Shown here in pieces: positions 36,778 through 47,974 of a stretch of 63,614 nucleotides of DNA (its first letter is position 1; every line of letters starts with the position of its first letter). The notes under the pieces are model-generated. The model was given only the letters and a program-made list of their open reading frames with translations, did not search any database and was not told the origin of the DNA. Both the position numbers and the translations under genes were made by a program. Origin of the DNA: Betaproteobacteria bacterium (GTDB lineage Bacteria; Pseudomonadota; Gammaproteobacteria; Burkholderiales; SG8-39); NCBI GenBank assembly GCA_032125995.1, contig JAQBBQ010000210.1:1-63614 (forward strand), given 5' to 3'.

Positions 36778-37545
36778 ATGCAACTCAAAGACAGCGTATT
36801 TCTGGTGACTGGCGGCGCGTCGGGGCTCGGTGCCGCGACGGTCCGGATGGCCGTCGAGAACGGCGGCCGGGCGGTGATTGCCGACATGCAGACCGAGGCC
36901 GGCGAGAAGCTCGCCAAGGAACTCGGCGCCAGCGCGCGCTTCGTCAAGTGCGACGTGACTGCCGAGGACGACGGCAAGGCGGCGGTCGAGACCGCAGTCA
37001 AGGCCTTTGGCGGCCTTCAGGTGCTGATCAACTGCGCCGGGATCGCGATCGCCGAGCGCACGCTCGGCAGGGAGGCGCCGCACAAGCTGGCCTCGTTTTC
37101 CCGCGTCATTACCGTCAATCTGATCGGGACGTTCAACATGATCCGTCTCGCGTCATTCGAGATGGCGAAGGCCGGACCGAACGCCGCGGGCGAGCGCGGG
37201 GTCATCGTCAATACGGCATCGGTCGCCGCATTCGACGGTCAGATCGGGCAGGCCGCCTATGCGGCATCGAAAGGCGGCGTGGTCGGTATGACGTTGCCGA
37301 TCGCGCGCGACCTGTCGCGCATCGGGATCCGTGTGTGCACCATCGCACCGGGCATTTTCGAGACGCCGATGCTGATGGGACTGCCGAAGGAGGCCCAGGA
37401 TTCGCTCGGCAAGCAGGTGCCGTTTCCGTCGCGGCTCGGGCGGCCGACGGAGTACGCGCAACTCGTGCGCAGCATTGTCGAGAACGAGATGCTGAATGCC
37501 GAAACGATTCGCCTCGACGGTGCGATTCGGATGGCACCGAAGTAA
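36778..37545 (+). CDS. SDR, 3-hydroxyacyl-CoA dehydrogenase type-2-like
   Basis: [16 protein letters not shown], and catalytic YAASKGGV. 255 aa, with overall similarity to the HSD10/FadB2 type. Confidence 0.85.
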   Translation: MQLKDSVFLVTGGASGLGAATVRMAVENGGRAVIADMQTEAGEKLAKELGASARFVKCDVTAEDDGKAAVETAVKAFGGLQVLINCAGIAIAERTLGREAPHKLASFSRVITVNLIGTFNMIRLASFEMAKAGPNAAGERGVIVNTASVAAFDGQIGQAAYAASKGGVVGMTLPIARDLSRIGIRVCTIAPGIFETPMLMGLPKEAQDSLGKQVPFPSRLGRPTEYAQLVRSIVENEMLNAETIRLDGAIRMAPK

Positions 37546-37583
37546 TTCGGCGCCGTCACTTTGCACTGTTTTGGCGTGCCGCG

Positions 37584-38138
37584 TCAGGGCGCGGCTGCGC
37601 CTTCGTCAGGCTGCGGTTGCGCCTTCAGTAGCGTCTTGTAGCGCCGCGCCCGCGCAACGTAGCCCTCGGCGATGCGTAGAAGGTTCGCGCGCTCGTCGGC
37701 TGTCAGGTCACGCACGATCTTGCCGGGCGATCCGACGACCAGAACTCCGTCGGGAATCTCCTTGCCCTCCGCGATGAGGCTGTTCGCGCCGATGAGACTG
37801 CCACGCCCGATGCGCGCACCGTTCAGAATCACGCTGCTGATGCCGATCAGCGTGCCGTCGCCGACGGTGCAACCGTGCAGCATCGCCTGGTGGCCGACGC
37901 TCACGCCTGCGCCGAGGGTCAGTGGATAGCCGGGATCGACGTGCAGCACCGATCCGTCCTGGACGTTGCTGCCCGCGCCGACGTGAATTCGGTCATTGTC
38001 CGCGCGGATGACGACGTTGAACCAGACATTGGCATCGTTCTCGAGAATAACGGATCCGACCAGCGTCGCGTCCGGTGCAATGTAGTGATGGTTGCCGCGC
38101 AACTCGACACGACGGTCGTCTAACGAATACAGCGGCAT
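37584..38138 (-). CDS. Gamma-carbonic-anhydrase-like / hexapeptide-repeat protein (YrdA/PaaY type)
   Basis: [48 protein letters not shown]...[10 protein letters not shown]. 184 aa from the ATG at 38138. The tracked 284-aa ORF is an extension. Confidence 0.85.
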   Translation of the reverse strand: MPLYSLDDRRVELRGNHHYIAPDATLVGSVILENDANVWFNVVIRADNDRIHVGAGSNVQDGSVLHVDPGYPLTLGAGVSVGHQAMLHGCTVGDGTLIGISSVILNGARIGRGSLIGANSLIAEGKEIPDGVLVVGSPGKIVRDLTADERANLLRIAEGYVARARRYKTLLKAQPQPDEGAAAP

Positions 38139-38183
38139 TGTCTGCGGCCCAGGGGTACGCAAAGGGGCCGCTATGATAACGGC

Positions 38184-39434
38184 ATGCACGTACTTGTCCT
38201 TGGCGCGGGGGTGATCGGCGTCACCAGTGCCTGGTACCTCGCCGAGGCGGGGCACGCCGTGACGGTGCTCGACCGCCAGTCGGAACCCGCGATGGAAACG
38301 TCGTTCGCGAACGGTGGGCAGATTTCCGCCGCGCACGCGGAACCGTGGGCGAAACCATCGGTTCTGCCGAAGCTTCTGCGCTGGCTGGGGCGCGAGGACG
38401 CACCGATGCTGTTTCGCTGGCGCATGGATCCGGCCCAATGGCGCTGGGGGTTGGGTTTCCTCATGGAATGTGCGCCGGGGCGTTTCGAGCGCAACATCAT
38501 GCGACTGGCGGCGCTCGCAGCTTACAGCCAGGCGCAGCTCAGCGCGCTACGCGACCGTACGGGCCTTGCGTACGATGGACTGCAACGGGGGATTTTGCAC
38601 TTCTGCACTGACGCGCAGGCGTTCGACGCTTCGGCACGGCATGCCGAGGCGATGCAGCGACTTGGGTTTGCGCGCGAGGTGGTGAGCGCGGCCGATTGCA
38701 TCGTGCTCGAGCCGGCGCTCGCAGGTTCGCGGGTCCCAATTACGGGTGGCGTCTATACCCCGACAGACGAATCCGGTGATGCGCGCCTGTTTACGCAGCG
38801 GCTGGCCGCGCACGCCGCCGCCCTCGGCGTCAACTTTCGCTTCGGCGCGCAGATCCAGAGCATCGAGCTGCGTGGCGCGAAGGTCGATGGCGTTCGGCTT
38901 GCGAGCGGCGAACGCATCGCGGCGGACGCGACGGTGGTTGCACTCGGCAGCTACAGTACCCGCCTGTTGGCTGCGCTCGGCGTGCGACTGCCGGTGTATC
39001 CCCTGAAGGGGTATTCGATCACGGTACCGTTGAAGGCGGACGAGGCCGCCGCGCCGCATGTGAGCCTGACCGACGAGGCGCACAAGATCGTCATTACGCG
39101 ACTCGGAGACCGGTTGCGCGCGGCCGGCACCGCCGAGCTCGCCGGATACGACACCACGGTTAACGCCGTGCGCTGCGACGCCATCGCCGCGCGCATTCGC
39201 ACGCTGTTTCCCGCGCTCGAGGTCGGGGACGATCTCAGTGTCTGGGCCGGGCTGCGCCCGGCGACGCCGAACAACGTGCCGCTCGTCGGCGCGACGCGGT
39301 TCGAAAATCTGTTCCTCAACACCGGGCACGGCACGCTCGGCTGGACGTTGGCCTGTGGGTCCGGCCGCGCGCTGGCCGATCTCATTTCGGGTCGCCCGCC
39401 GGAAGTCGCACTGGATACGGGGACGGCGGCCTGA
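38184..39434 (+). CDS. dadA: D-amino acid dehydrogenase
   Basis: [32 protein letters not shown] (FAD fold). It has DadA length (416 aa) and the C-terminal [10 protein letters not shown] string. Confidence 0.9.
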   Translation: MHVLVLGAGVIGVTSAWYLAEAGHAVTVLDRQSEPAMETSFANGGQISAAHAEPWAKPSVLPKLLRWLGREDAPMLFRWRMDPAQWRWGLGFLMECAPGRFERNIMRLAALAAYSQAQLSALRDRTGLAYDGLQRGILHFCTDAQAFDASARHAEAMQRLGFAREVVSAADCIVLEPALAGSRVPITGGVYTPTDESGDARLFTQRLAAHAAALGVNFRFGAQIQSIELRGAKVDGVRLASGERIAADATVVALGSYSTRLLAALGVRLPVYPLKGYSITVPLKADEAAAPHVSLTDEAHKIVITRLGDRLRAAGTAELAGYDTTVNAVRCDAIAARIRTLFPALEVGDDLSVWAGLRPATPNNVPLVGATRFENLFLNTGHGTLGWTLACGSGRALADLISGRPPEVALDTGTAA

Positions 39435-39507
39435 ACGACGGGCCGCAGACGCGGACGAGACGGTCGTCCGGGCTTGGTAACATCGCGCCCTTTGACGATC
39501 GACCTGA

Positions 39508-40380
39508 ATGCGGCCTAGCGAATCCCTGTTTTTTGACATCCGGCGCTTGCGCTATCACGTCCGACGCTGGCCGGGTGATCCCGCGCGTCGCCTCGTTTTG
39601 TTGCACGGCTGGATGGACGTTTCGGCTTCGTTTCAGTTCTTGGTCGATGCGCTGTCCCCGCAATGGGATGTCTACGCCCCCGACTGGCGCGGGTACGGAC
39701 TGACCGACTGGGGACAGTCGGACTGTTACTGGTTTCCGGACTACATCGCCGACCTGGAGACGCTGCTCGAGGCGTTCCATGCCGACGGAACGGTCAATCT
39801 GGTCGGCCATAGCCTCGGCGGAAATGTTGCGGCGCTGTATGCGGGACTTCGCCCGGCGCGCATCGCGCGCCTCGTGAATCTCGAAGGGTTCGGGCTCGCG
39901 CCAACGACGCCCGACCAGGCGCCCGCGCGCTACCTGCGGTGGCTCGATGAGTTGCGTGAACCGGCTGGGCTGAAATCCTACGCAAACTTCGCCGCGCTTG
40001 CGGATCGGCTGCAGAAGGGCAATCCGCGATTAACGCGCGCGCGCGCCGACTTTCTCGCGCCGCATTGGGGACGCCAGACCGATGATGGTCGCGTCGTATT
40101 GCGGGGAGATCCGGCGCACAAGATTGCCAACCCGATGCTCTATCAATATGCGGAAGTGCGCGCCTGCTGGAATCAGGTGACGGCGCCCGTGCTGTGGGTC
40201 GACACCACGGATACGAAGCTGCTCAAGCGCGCGAAGATTTCGGTAGCAGACCATGCTGAGCGGCGTGCGGCTTTTGCCAATCTGCGCTACGTCACTGTGC
40301 AGGACGCGGGGCATATGCTGCACCACGACCAGCCCGAAGCGGTCGCGCGCCTGATCGAAGAATTCGTGAGCGGCGCGTGA
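39508..40380 (+). CDS. Alpha/beta-fold hydrolase
   Basis: HG oxyanion string LLHGWMD, nucleophile elbow GHSLGG, and a C-terminal His in DAGHMLHHDQP. Confidence 0.85.
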   Translation: MRPSESLFFDIRRLRYHVRRWPGDPARRLVLLHGWMDVSASFQFLVDALSPQWDVYAPDWRGYGLTDWGQSDCYWFPDYIADLETLLEAFHADGTVNLVGHSLGGNVAALYAGLRPARIARLVNLEGFGLAPTTPDQAPARYLRWLDELREPAGLKSYANFAALADRLQKGNPRLTRARADFLAPHWGRQTDDGRVVLRGDPAHKIANPMLYQYAEVRACWNQVTAPVLWVDTTDTKLLKRAKISVADHAERRAAFANLRYVTVQDAGHMLHHDQPEAVARLIEEFVSGA

Positions 40381-41210
40381 AGAACGTCGATTTGCATTGT
40401 CATTCGAACCGGTCGGATGGCGTGCTTTCCCCATCCGCGCTGGTCCGGCGCGCTGCCGCGCATGGCGTCGACCTGTTGGCGCTCACCGACCATGACCAGC
40501 TCGCTGGGCTTGCCGAGGCGTCGCAGGCCGCGCATGAAACGGGCATCGGCTTCGTCCCCGGTGTCGAAGTGTCGGTCACCTGGCGCGGCACGACGGTGCA
40601 TATCATCGGTCTCGATATTGATCCCGACGATGCGCGTCTCGCGGCAGGCCTGGCGCGCGTGCGATCGGGCCGAACGCGTCGCGCGCGTGCGATCGCGCGG
40701 TCGCTCGAAGACGCCGGTATTCGCGGCGCGTTCGAAGGGGCGCTGCGCCATGTCGGCGACGCTGCGATGATCAGTCGTACGCATTTCGCACGCTATCTGG
40801 TCGAAATTCGTGCGGTTACCGACGTGCGCGACGCCTTTCGTCACTTCCTCGTACCCGGCAAGCCCGGTTACGTGCCGCAGCAATGGGCGACGCTGCGAGA
40901 CGCGATCCGCTGGATTTGTGGCGCGGGCGGGCAGGCGGTGATTGCCCATCCCGGCCGCTATCGGCTCAGCGCGGGGGCCCAGCGTGCGTTGCTGGGCGAG
41001 TTCCGAGATGCCGGTGGCGCCGGGCTCGAAGTGGTCACCTCAAGCCACTCGCCGGACCAGTATCGGGTGTTTGGGGCACTGGCACAGGCGTTCGGGTTGG
41101 TTGCATCGCGTGGCTCGGACTTTCATGCGCCGGGCGAAGGCGTCGAGTTCGGCGCCTTGCCGGCGTTCGAGTTGCCGGTGCCGGCGCTGTGGGACCGCTG
41201 GAGCGCCTGA
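40377..41210 (+). CDS. PHP-domain phosphoesterase (YciV/TrpH-type)
   Basis: VDLHCHSNRSDGVLSP...LALTDHD...AHPGRY. It has a 4-nt overlap with the upstream gene. Confidence 0.85.
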   Translation: MKNVDLHCHSNRSDGVLSPSALVRRAAAHGVDLLALTDHDQLAGLAEASQAAHETGIGFVPGVEVSVTWRGTTVHIIGLDIDPDDARLAAGLARVRSGRTRRARAIARSLEDAGIRGAFEGALRHVGDAAMISRTHFARYLVEIRAVTDVRDAFRHFLVPGKPGYVPQQWATLRDAIRWICGAGGQAVIAHPGRYRLSAGAQRALLGEFRDAGGAGLEVVTSSHSPDQYRVFGALAQAFGLVASRGSDFHAPGEGVEFGALPAFELPVPALWDRWSA

Positions 41211-41214
41211 AGGC

Positions 41215-41844
41215 GTGGCACAGTTTTTCGAGATCCACCCAACCCACCCGCAGACGCGGCTGGTGCGGCGCGCGGCCGAGATCGTGGCGCAGGGCGGGCT
41301 GATCGCCTATCCGACGGATTCCTGCTACGCGCTGGGGTGCCACCTCGGCGATGCGCGTGCATTGACGCGGCTGCGCCGCGTGCGCGGGCTCGACGAAGGT
41401 CATCACCTCACGCTGATGTGCAGCAACCTGGCGCAAATCGCGGCGTTCTCGATCGTCGATAACCTGCAGTTCCGGTTGCTCAAGGCCGCCACGCCGGGCA
41501 GCTTCACGTTCATTCTGCGCGCGCGGCGCGGACTCCCGCGTCGGCTGCTGCATGCGCGCCGCAAGACCATCGGCGTGCGGGTGCCCGCGCATCCAGTCGC
41601 GCATGCGCTGCTCGCCGAGCTCGGCGAGCCAATGCTATCGGCCACGTTGCATTTGCCGCAGGATGCGCTGCCCTTGTCCGATGCGCATGAGATTCGCGAG
41701 CATCTCGAGCACGAACTAGATCTCGTCATCGACGCCGGACCCTGCGGTGTCGAGCCAACCACAGTCATCGATCTGACGACCGATACGCCCACCATACTGC
41801 GGCAGGGCAAGGGCGCCCCGGAACAGATCGGTCTCGCAGCGTGA
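41215..41844 (+). CDS. YciO/TsaC/Sua5-family (threonylcarbamoyl-AMP synthase-like) protein
   Basis: GGLIAYPTDSCYALGC...SFTFIL...IGVRVPAHPV...TVIDLT. GTG start at 41215, inferred because there is no in-frame ATG near the conserved N-terminus. Confidence 0.8.
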   Translation: MAQFFEIHPTHPQTRLVRRAAEIVAQGGLIAYPTDSCYALGCHLGDARALTRLRRVRGLDEGHHLTLMCSNLAQIAAFSIVDNLQFRLLKAATPGSFTFILRARRGLPRRLLHARRKTIGVRVPAHPVAHALLAELGEPMLSATLHLPQDALPLSDAHEIREHLEHELDLVIDAGPCGVEPTTVIDLTTDTPTILRQGKGAPEQIGLAA

Positions 41845-41897
41845 GGCGTGGCGCGCGCCTGCTCTGTTAGAATCCGAGCGGATCAATCCCTGAGTCA

Positions 41898-42521
41898 ATG
41901 GACGTCGGCCACCTCGTACAGACGATCGCGATTTTCGCTTTACCGGTCTTGTTCGCGATCACGCTGCACGAAGCGGCGCACGGTTATGTCGCGCGGCATT
42001 TCGGCGATCTAACCGCGTACGCGCAGGGCCGCATCAGCCTGAATCCGCTGCGGCATGTCGACACGGTAGGCACCATCGTGATGCCGCTCGCGATCCTGCT
42101 GCTGTCGGGCGGGAAATTTCTCTTCGGCTGGGCGAAACCGGTACCGGTCAACTATTCAGCGCTGCGCCGGCCGCGGCAGCACATGGCCTGGGTGGCGGCG
42201 GCGGGCCCTGCCGCGAACCTCGCCATGGCGCTGGGTTGGGCACTGTTATTCCAACTGGAGCCATGGCTGCCAGAGTTCTTAATGCGTGTGGCGGCCGCGG
42301 GAATTCGCGTCAACCTCATTTTGATGTTCCTCAATTTGCTGCCCATTCTCCCGCTCGACGGCGGCCGGGTCGTGGCGAGCCTGCTGCCGGCGCGTGCGGC
42401 CTGGCAATACGCCAAGCTTGAGCCTTGGGGTCTGCCGCTGCTGGTCTTGTTGCTGGTCACCGACACCCTCGGCAAGGTGCTGTGGCCACTCGTATCCGTC
42501 TCCGAATCTCTCCTTCGATAG
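41898..42521 (+). CDS. Site-2 (M50) family membrane metalloprotease
   Basis: HEAAHGYVA (HExxH) in TM1, NLLPILPLDGG second motif. 207 aa. Confidence 0.85.
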   Translation: MDVGHLVQTIAIFALPVLFAITLHEAAHGYVARHFGDLTAYAQGRISLNPLRHVDTVGTIVMPLAILLLSGGKFLFGWAKPVPVNYSALRRPRQHMAWVAAAGPAANLAMALGWALLFQLEPWLPEFLMRVAAAGIRVNLILMFLNLLPILPLDGGRVVASLLPARAAWQYAKLEPWGLPLLVLLLVTDTLGKVLWPLVSVSESLLR

Positions 42522-42526
42522 GCGTC

Positions 42527-43729
42527 ATGTACGAGCCACGCGTCCTTTCCGGCATGCGACCGACCGGGAGTCTCCATCTCGGGCACTACCACGGTGTCCT
42601 CAAAAATTGGATCCGTCTGCAAGCCGAGTACCCCTGCTTGTATTTCGTCGCCGACTGGCACGCGTTGACCACCGACTACGAGAATCCAGGACAGATTCAG
42701 AGCAACGCATGGGACATGGTCATCGACTGGATTGCGGCGGGCGTTGATCCATCGCAGGCCACCCTGTTCGTGCAATCGCACATTCCTGAACACGCGGAAC
42801 TGCACCTGCTGTTGTCGATGATGACGCCGCTCGGCTGGCTTGAACGGGTGCCGACCTACAAGGATCAGCAGGAGAAATTGACCGACCGCGACCTGTCGAC
42901 CTACGGCTTCCTCGGCTACCCGCTGCTGCAGTCGGCGGACATCCTGATTTACCGGGCGAAGTACGTTCCAGTCGGCGAGGATCAGGTGCCGCACGTCGAG
43001 TTCACGCGCGAGATCGCGCGCCGCTTCAACCATCTCTACGGGCGGGAGGCGGGATTTGAGGACAAAGCGAAGGCGGCGGTGAAGAAAATGGGTTCTAAAA
43101 AGTCGCGCCTGCTCCTCGAGTTACGTTCGAAATACCTGGAGCAGGGCGATGCAGAGGCGCTGCGCAAGGCGCAGGCACTGCTGGATGAGCAGCAAACCCT
43201 GCCGCGCGGCGACCGGGAGCGACTCTACGGCTGGCTCGAAGGCAGCGGCAAGAAGATACTGGTCGAGCCCGATGTGCTGCTCACACAGACCTCCCGGCTC
43301 GAGGGACTTGACGGCCAAAAGATGTCCAAGTCGTACGGCAATGCAATCACCCTGCGTGAAGCACCCGCATCGGTCGAGAAGAAAATCCGCACCATGCCGA
43401 CTGACCCGGCACGCGTGAAGCGCAGCGATCCGGGCATCCCGGAGCGCTGCCCGGTGTGGTCGCTTCACCTTGTCTACTCCGACGCGGCGCGCCAGGACTG
43501 GGTGCGCCAGGGCTGCACCACGGCGGGCATCGGTTGTCTGGACTGCAAACAGCCGATCGTCGATGCGATTCAGGCCGAGCTCACGCCGATGCGCGAGCGG
43601 GCGCAAACCTACCTGGACGATCCGACGCTGGTGCGCAACATCCTCGCTGACGGCTGCGATCGCGCCCGGCGCCTGGCCGCGGAAACGATGCGCGATGTGC
43701 GTGAAGCACTGGGTCTGACCTACGACTGA
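42527..43729 (+). CDS. trpS: Tryptophan--tRNA ligase (long form)
   Basis: HIGH-type GSLHLGHYHG, KMSKS (QKMSKSYGN). ATG at 42527 (MYEPRVLSGMRPTG). Confidence 0.92.
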   Translation: MYEPRVLSGMRPTGSLHLGHYHGVLKNWIRLQAEYPCLYFVADWHALTTDYENPGQIQSNAWDMVIDWIAAGVDPSQATLFVQSHIPEHAELHLLLSMMTPLGWLERVPTYKDQQEKLTDRDLSTYGFLGYPLLQSADILIYRAKYVPVGEDQVPHVEFTREIARRFNHLYGREAGFEDKAKAAVKKMGSKKSRLLLELRSKYLEQGDAEALRKAQALLDEQQTLPRGDRERLYGWLEGSGKKILVEPDVLLTQTSRLEGLDGQKMSKSYGNAITLREAPASVEKKIRTMPTDPARVKRSDPGIPERCPVWSLHLVYSDAARQDWVRQGCTTAGIGCLDCKQPIVDAIQAELTPMRERAQTYLDDPTLVRNILADGCDRARRLAAETMRDVREALGLTYD

Positions 43730-43734
43730 ACGCA

Positions 43735-44541
43735 ATGCAGCCGCTCGTGCAAATTGAGATCCCGACGCCGCAGGCGCGGCTGTACGGGGAGCCGTTGATC
43801 GATCTGCCGCGCGATCTGTACATTCCGCCGGATGCGCTGGAGGTGATACTCGAGGCTTTCCAGGGGCCACTCGATCTGCTGCTTTATCTGATCCGCAAAG
43901 AGAATCTCAATATTCTGGATATTGCGATGGCGCCACTGACACGGCAGTATCTCGCGTACGTGGAAGCGATGCGGACCCGCAACCTCGAACTCGCTGCCGA
44001 TTATCTGGTCATGGCAGCGGTGCTGATGGCGATCAAGTCGCGCATGCTGCTGCCGCGGCCACCGGCGCAGGAAGCGGAGGAGGTCGACCCCCGCGCGGAA
44101 CTGGTGCGCCGACTGCTCGAGTATGAGCGCGTCAAAAAGGCGGCCTATGCGCTCGACCAGCTGCCACAGGTCGGGCGCGAGATTGCGAGCGTTTCAGTCT
44201 GGATCGAAAGGACCGTCGTCGAGCGCCTGCCGTCGGTCGATGCGCAGGATCTCGCCGAAGCCTGGCGCAGGCTGCTTTTCCGCGCACGTCTTTCCGCGCA
44301 TCATCACGTTTCGCGCGAGCAGCTTTCGGTGCGCGAGCATATGAGCACGATTCTGCGGCGCCTGCGCGCGCATCGCGTGCTCGAGTTTTCCGAGCTGTTC
44401 GAGCCGGCACAGGGGGTCGCCGTGCTCATCGTGAATTTTCTCGCCGTACTCGAACTCGCGCGCGAACTCTTGATCGAGATTACGCAGACCGCGTGTTTCG
44501 CGCCGATTTACGTAAAACTGACCGATGCTGAATCCCACTGA
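43735..44541 (+). CDS. scpA: Segregation and condensation protein A
   Basis: [22 protein letters not shown] kleisin N-terminus. 268 aa. scpB follows. Confidence 0.9.
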   Translation: MQPLVQIEIPTPQARLYGEPLIDLPRDLYIPPDALEVILEAFQGPLDLLLYLIRKENLNILDIAMAPLTRQYLAYVEAMRTRNLELAADYLVMAAVLMAIKSRMLLPRPPAQEAEEVDPRAELVRRLLEYERVKKAAYALDQLPQVGREIASVSVWIERTVVERLPSVDAQDLAEAWRRLLFRARLSAHHHVSREQLSVREHMSTILRRLRAHRVLEFSELFEPAQGVAVLIVNFLAVLELARELLIEITQTACFAPIYVKLTDAESH

Positions 44542-45142
44542 GGCGAAACGCGTGCTGGAGGGCGCGCTCCTCGCGACCCCGGAACCGTTGTCGCTCGGAG
44601 AATTGCGGCGCCTGTTCGACGAGGACATCGGTGTGGACACGATCCGTCGATTGCTGCAGGAGTTGCGCGAAGCGTGGTCGGGACGCGCGATCGAACTCGT
44701 GCATCTGGCCAGCGGGTGGCGATTCCAGACGCGCCTCGATTTTCAGCGCTATGTTGAGCGCTTGCAGCCGGAAAAGCCGCCGCGCTACTCGCGCGCGGTC
44801 CTCGAGACCCTCGCAATCGTCGCCTACCGGCAACCGGTTACGCGTGGCGACATCGAGGATATCCGCGGCGTCGCGGTGTCGCCCCAGGTCGTCAAGACGC
44901 TGGAGGCGCGCGGCTGGATCGACGCGGTTGGCCAGCGCGAGACCCCGGGTCGGCCCGCGTTGTACGGAACGACCAAGACTTTCCTTGATGACCTTGGGTT
45001 GCGTTCGCTCGAAGAGCTGCCGCCACTCGAGGAAATCGCGCAAACGCTGCAGTACGATGCGACAGCCCCTGAAGACAACGTCCCAGAGCCCACGGCCGAA
45101 GCTGCGCCGGGCAGCACGATCGAGCCCGAGTCCCGCGCCTGA
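44525..45142 (+). CDS. scpB: Segregation and condensation protein B
   Basis: 205 aa winged-helix protein ([29 protein letters not shown]). It overlaps the scpA stop by 17 nt. Confidence 0.9.
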   Translation: MLNPTEAKRVLEGALLATPEPLSLGELRRLFDEDIGVDTIRRLLQELREAWSGRAIELVHLASGWRFQTRLDFQRYVERLQPEKPPRYSRAVLETLAIVAYRQPVTRGDIEDIRGVAVSPQVVKTLEARGWIDAVGQRETPGRPALYGTTKTFLDDLGLRSLEELPPLEEIAQTLQYDATAPEDNVPEPTAEAAPGSTIEPESRA

Positions 45143-45158
45143 ACCGGGCCCGGAGCGG

Positions 45159-45926
45159 GTGCAAAAGCTGCTCGCCGCAGCCGGGCTCGCATCGCGCCGT
45201 ACGATCGAGGCGTGGATCACGGCGGGACGCGTCACCGTGGAAGGTCGAACCGCGGTGTTGGGCGATCGGGCAGGTCCGCACGACCGGATCGAAGTCGACG
45301 GCCACCCCGTCCGGCTGCGCGCCAGCGACGCGCCGGCGCGGGTGCTGGCGTACCACAAACCGGTCGGTGAGATCGTGACGCGCCGTGATCCTGGCGGTCG
45401 GGCGACGGTTTTCGAGCGCCTGCCGAAGCTCCACCACGGCCAGTGGATCTCGATCGGGCGGCTTGATCTGAACACCTCCGGGTTGCTCCTATTCACGGAC
45501 TCCGGCGCGCTCGCCAACCGCTTGATGCACCCGCGCTACGAGATCGAACGTGAATATGTGGTCCGCGTGCTGGGGCCATTGAGCGATGCATCGCGCCGGC
45601 GCTTGTTGGAGGGCGTCACGCTGGACGACGGCAAGGCGGCGTTTGCGCTGCTCGAGCCGGTGCGCGCGTCGAAGGCGGACGCCGCCAATCGCTGGTATCG
45701 GGTGATGCTGCGCGAGGGCCGCACGCGCGAGGTGCGCCGCCTGTTCGAGGCCGTCGGCGCCAAGGTCAGCCGGCTCGCCCGGGTGCGCTTCGCGGGCGTT
45801 CGTTTGCCCAACGATCTGCACGCGGGGCGGTGGATTGAACTCGACGCGCACAGCTGCGCGACGCAGCTTGGCGAAGGCTCCGGCACAACGGGTACGACGA
45901 TTGTTCGCCAGCCAAAATCCTGTTAA
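45159..45926 (+). CDS. rluB: 23S rRNA pseudouridine synthase (RluB type)
   Basis: S4 domain ERVQKLLAAAGLASRRTIEAWITAGRVTV. Catalytic GRLDLNTSGLLLFTD. The start is uncertain: GTG at 45159 is chosen, and the tracked ORF from 44631 runs out of frame through scpB. Confidence 0.82.
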   Translation: MQKLLAAAGLASRRTIEAWITAGRVTVEGRTAVLGDRAGPHDRIEVDGHPVRLRASDAPARVLAYHKPVGEIVTRRDPGGRATVFERLPKLHHGQWISIGRLDLNTSGLLLFTDSGALANRLMHPRYEIEREYVVRVLGPLSDASRRRLLEGVTLDDGKAAFALLEPVRASKADAANRWYRVMLREGRTREVRRLFEAVGAKVSRLARVRFAGVRLPNDLHAGRWIELDAHSCATQLGEGSGTTGTTIVRQPKSC

Positions 45927-45971
45927 GCTTCAAAGTCTTTGAAGGGGCCCAGCAGGTCGGGCGCCAGGGTG

Positions 45972-45993
45972 ATGGGCTTCGGCCCATTTTTTG
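45972..45993 (+). terminator. Rho-independent terminator after rluB
   Basis: ATGGGC-TTCG-GCCCAT followed by TTTTTTG. Confidence 0.75.
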
Positions 45994-46014
45994 TTTGCGC
46001 GTTAGGAAACTGGC

Positions 46015-46449
46015 TTGGCGGGTTTGAGCGAAATCGTCGAGCGTGCGGTGGGCGGAATGGGGTTTGAGTGCGTCGACTTCCAGCAGTCGAACCGCGGGCG
46101 GTCGCTACGGGTCTTGATCGACAAGCCGGGTGGCGTGACGGTGGACGACTGCGCGGCCGTGAGTCGCCAGCTGAGCCGCGTCTTCGCGGTCGAGGGCGCG
46201 GAATACGACCGCTTGGAAGTGTCGTCGCCGGGGCTCGATCGGCCGCTGCGCCGAGCGGCCGATTTTCAGCGCTTTGCAGGTCAGCGGATCGAAGTACGCA
46301 TGCGTGAACGTGATGCGGGCGGGCGACGGCGGTTCGCCGGGGTGCTTTTGAAGTGCGATGAATCTGCTGCTACGGTGGAGGTCGATGGTGAATCCGTCGC
46401 CTTGCCGCTGGCGGGAATGGACCGGGCGAAGCTGGTGCCGGATCTGTGA
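46015..46449 (+). CDS. rimP: Ribosome maturation factor RimP
   Basis: 144 aa, first gene of the conserved rimP-nusA-infB order. FECVDF...LEVSSPGLDRPL. TTG start as tracked, not verified. Confidence 0.88.
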   Translation: MAGLSEIVERAVGGMGFECVDFQQSNRGRSLRVLIDKPGGVTVDDCAAVSRQLSRVFAVEGAEYDRLEVSSPGLDRPLRRAADFQRFAGQRIEVRMRERDAGGRRRFAGVLLKCDESAATVEVDGESVALPLAGMDRAKLVPDL

Positions 46450-46470
46450 ACTGTTTGGAGTGATGATGCG

Positions 46471-47973
46471 ATGAGCCGAGACCTTCTGATGCAAGCCGAT
46501 GCGTTGGCGCGTGAGAAAAATGTCGACAAGGACGTTGTCTTTGCGGCGCTCGAGTTCGCCCTCGCGTCAGCGACGAAGAAAAAGTTCTCGGACGATATCG
46601 ATGTGCGTGTCGCGATCGATCGCGCGACTGGCGAATTCGAGCCATTTCGCCGCTGGCAGGTGGTGGAAGACGAAACGCTGGAGTTTCCGGAGCGCCAACT
46701 CGCGTTGTCGGAGGCCCAAAAGCGCGACCCGAACCTAAAACTCGAAGATTTCATCGAGGAGCGGCTCGAACCCGTCGAATTTGGCCGCATCGGCGCGCAG
46801 GCGGCCAAGCAGGTGATTCTGCAGCGGATTCGCGATGCTGAGCGCGAGCAAATTCTGAACGACTTTCTGTCGCGCGGCGATGAGCTGATGACCGGGACCA
46901 TTAAGCGGATGGAGCGCGGCAATGCGATCGTCGAGTCCGGACGGCTCGAGGCGCTTCTGTCACGCGACCAGATGATCCCGAAAGAGAATCTGCGTATTGG
47001 CGATCGCGTGCGCGGCTGGGTCATGAAGATCGATCGTACGGCCCGGGGGCCGCAGCTTCTTCTGTCCCGCACCGCACCCCAGTTCATCATGAAGCAGTTC
47101 GAGCTCGAGGTGCCGGAGATCGAGGAAGGTCTCCTGGAAATAAAGTCCGCGGCACGCGATCCCGGCGTGCGGGCGAAGATTGCGGTGCACTCGAACGATC
47201 GCCGGATCGATCCGATCGGCACCTGTGTCGGCATGCGCGGTTCGAGGGTTCAGGCCGTCACGCAGGAGCTCGCCGGAGAGCGCGTCGACATCGTGCTGTG
47301 GTCGGCGGATCCCGCGCAATTCGTCATTGGTGCGCTTGCACCGGCGGAGGTTTCTTCGATCGTCGTCGACGAAGAGAAGCACGCGATGGACGTGGTGGTC
47401 GACGAGGAGAATCTGGCGATTGCGATCGGTCGCAGCGGGCAGAACGTACGTCTCGCGTCCGAGCTCACCGGGTGGCAGATCAATCTAATGACCGAGGAAG
47501 AGTCGAACCGCAAGCAGGAAGAGGAGGGCACGCGCGTCAAGACGCTGTTTGTGGAGCGGCTCGATGTCGACGAGGAGGTTGCGGGGATTTTGATCCAGGA
47601 AGGCTTTTCGACGCTTGAAGAGGTCGCCTACGTGCCGATCAACGAATTGCTTGAGGTCGAGGCGTTCGACGAAGACACCGTGAATGAATTGCGAAATCGC
47701 GCGCGTAACGCACTGCTCGTGGCGGCGATCGCGAACGAGGAAAAGGTCGAGGGCGTCGATCCCGAGCTCCTCGGGCTAGCGGACATGGATACGCAACTCG
47801 CTGCGAAGCTGGTCGAGGCTGGCGTGCGAACGCGCGACGATCTGGCCGATTTGGCGGTCGATGAACTTTCTGAGCTCACCGGTCTGGAGGAAGAACGGGC
47901 CAAGAACCTGATCATGGCCGCGCGGGCGCACTGGTTCGCGGAGGAGGCGGCTGGACAGGGGGAGGCTCACTAA
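46471..47973 (+). CDS. nusA: Transcription termination/antitermination factor NusA
   Basis: 500 aa with S1 and KH strings ([46 protein letters not shown]) and C-terminal acidic repeats. Confidence 0.95.
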   Translation: MSRDLLMQADALAREKNVDKDVVFAALEFALASATKKKFSDDIDVRVAIDRATGEFEPFRRWQVVEDETLEFPERQLALSEAQKRDPNLKLEDFIEERLEPVEFGRIGAQAAKQVILQRIRDAEREQILNDFLSRGDELMTGTIKRMERGNAIVESGRLEALLSRDQMIPKENLRIGDRVRGWVMKIDRTARGPQLLLSRTAPQFIMKQFELEVPEIEEGLLEIKSAARDPGVRAKIAVHSNDRRIDPIGTCVGMRGSRVQAVTQELAGERVDIVLWSADPAQFVIGALAPAEVSSIVVDEEKHAMDVVVDEENLAIAIGRSGQNVRLASELTGWQINLMTEEESNRKQEEEGTRVKTLFVERLDVDEEVAGILIQEGFSTLEEVAYVPINELLEVEAFDEDTVNELRNRARNALLVAAIANEEKVEGVDPELLGLADMDTQLAAKLVEAGVRTRDDLADLAVDELSELTGLEEERAKNLIMAARAHWFAEEAAGQGEAH

Positions 47974-47974
47974 C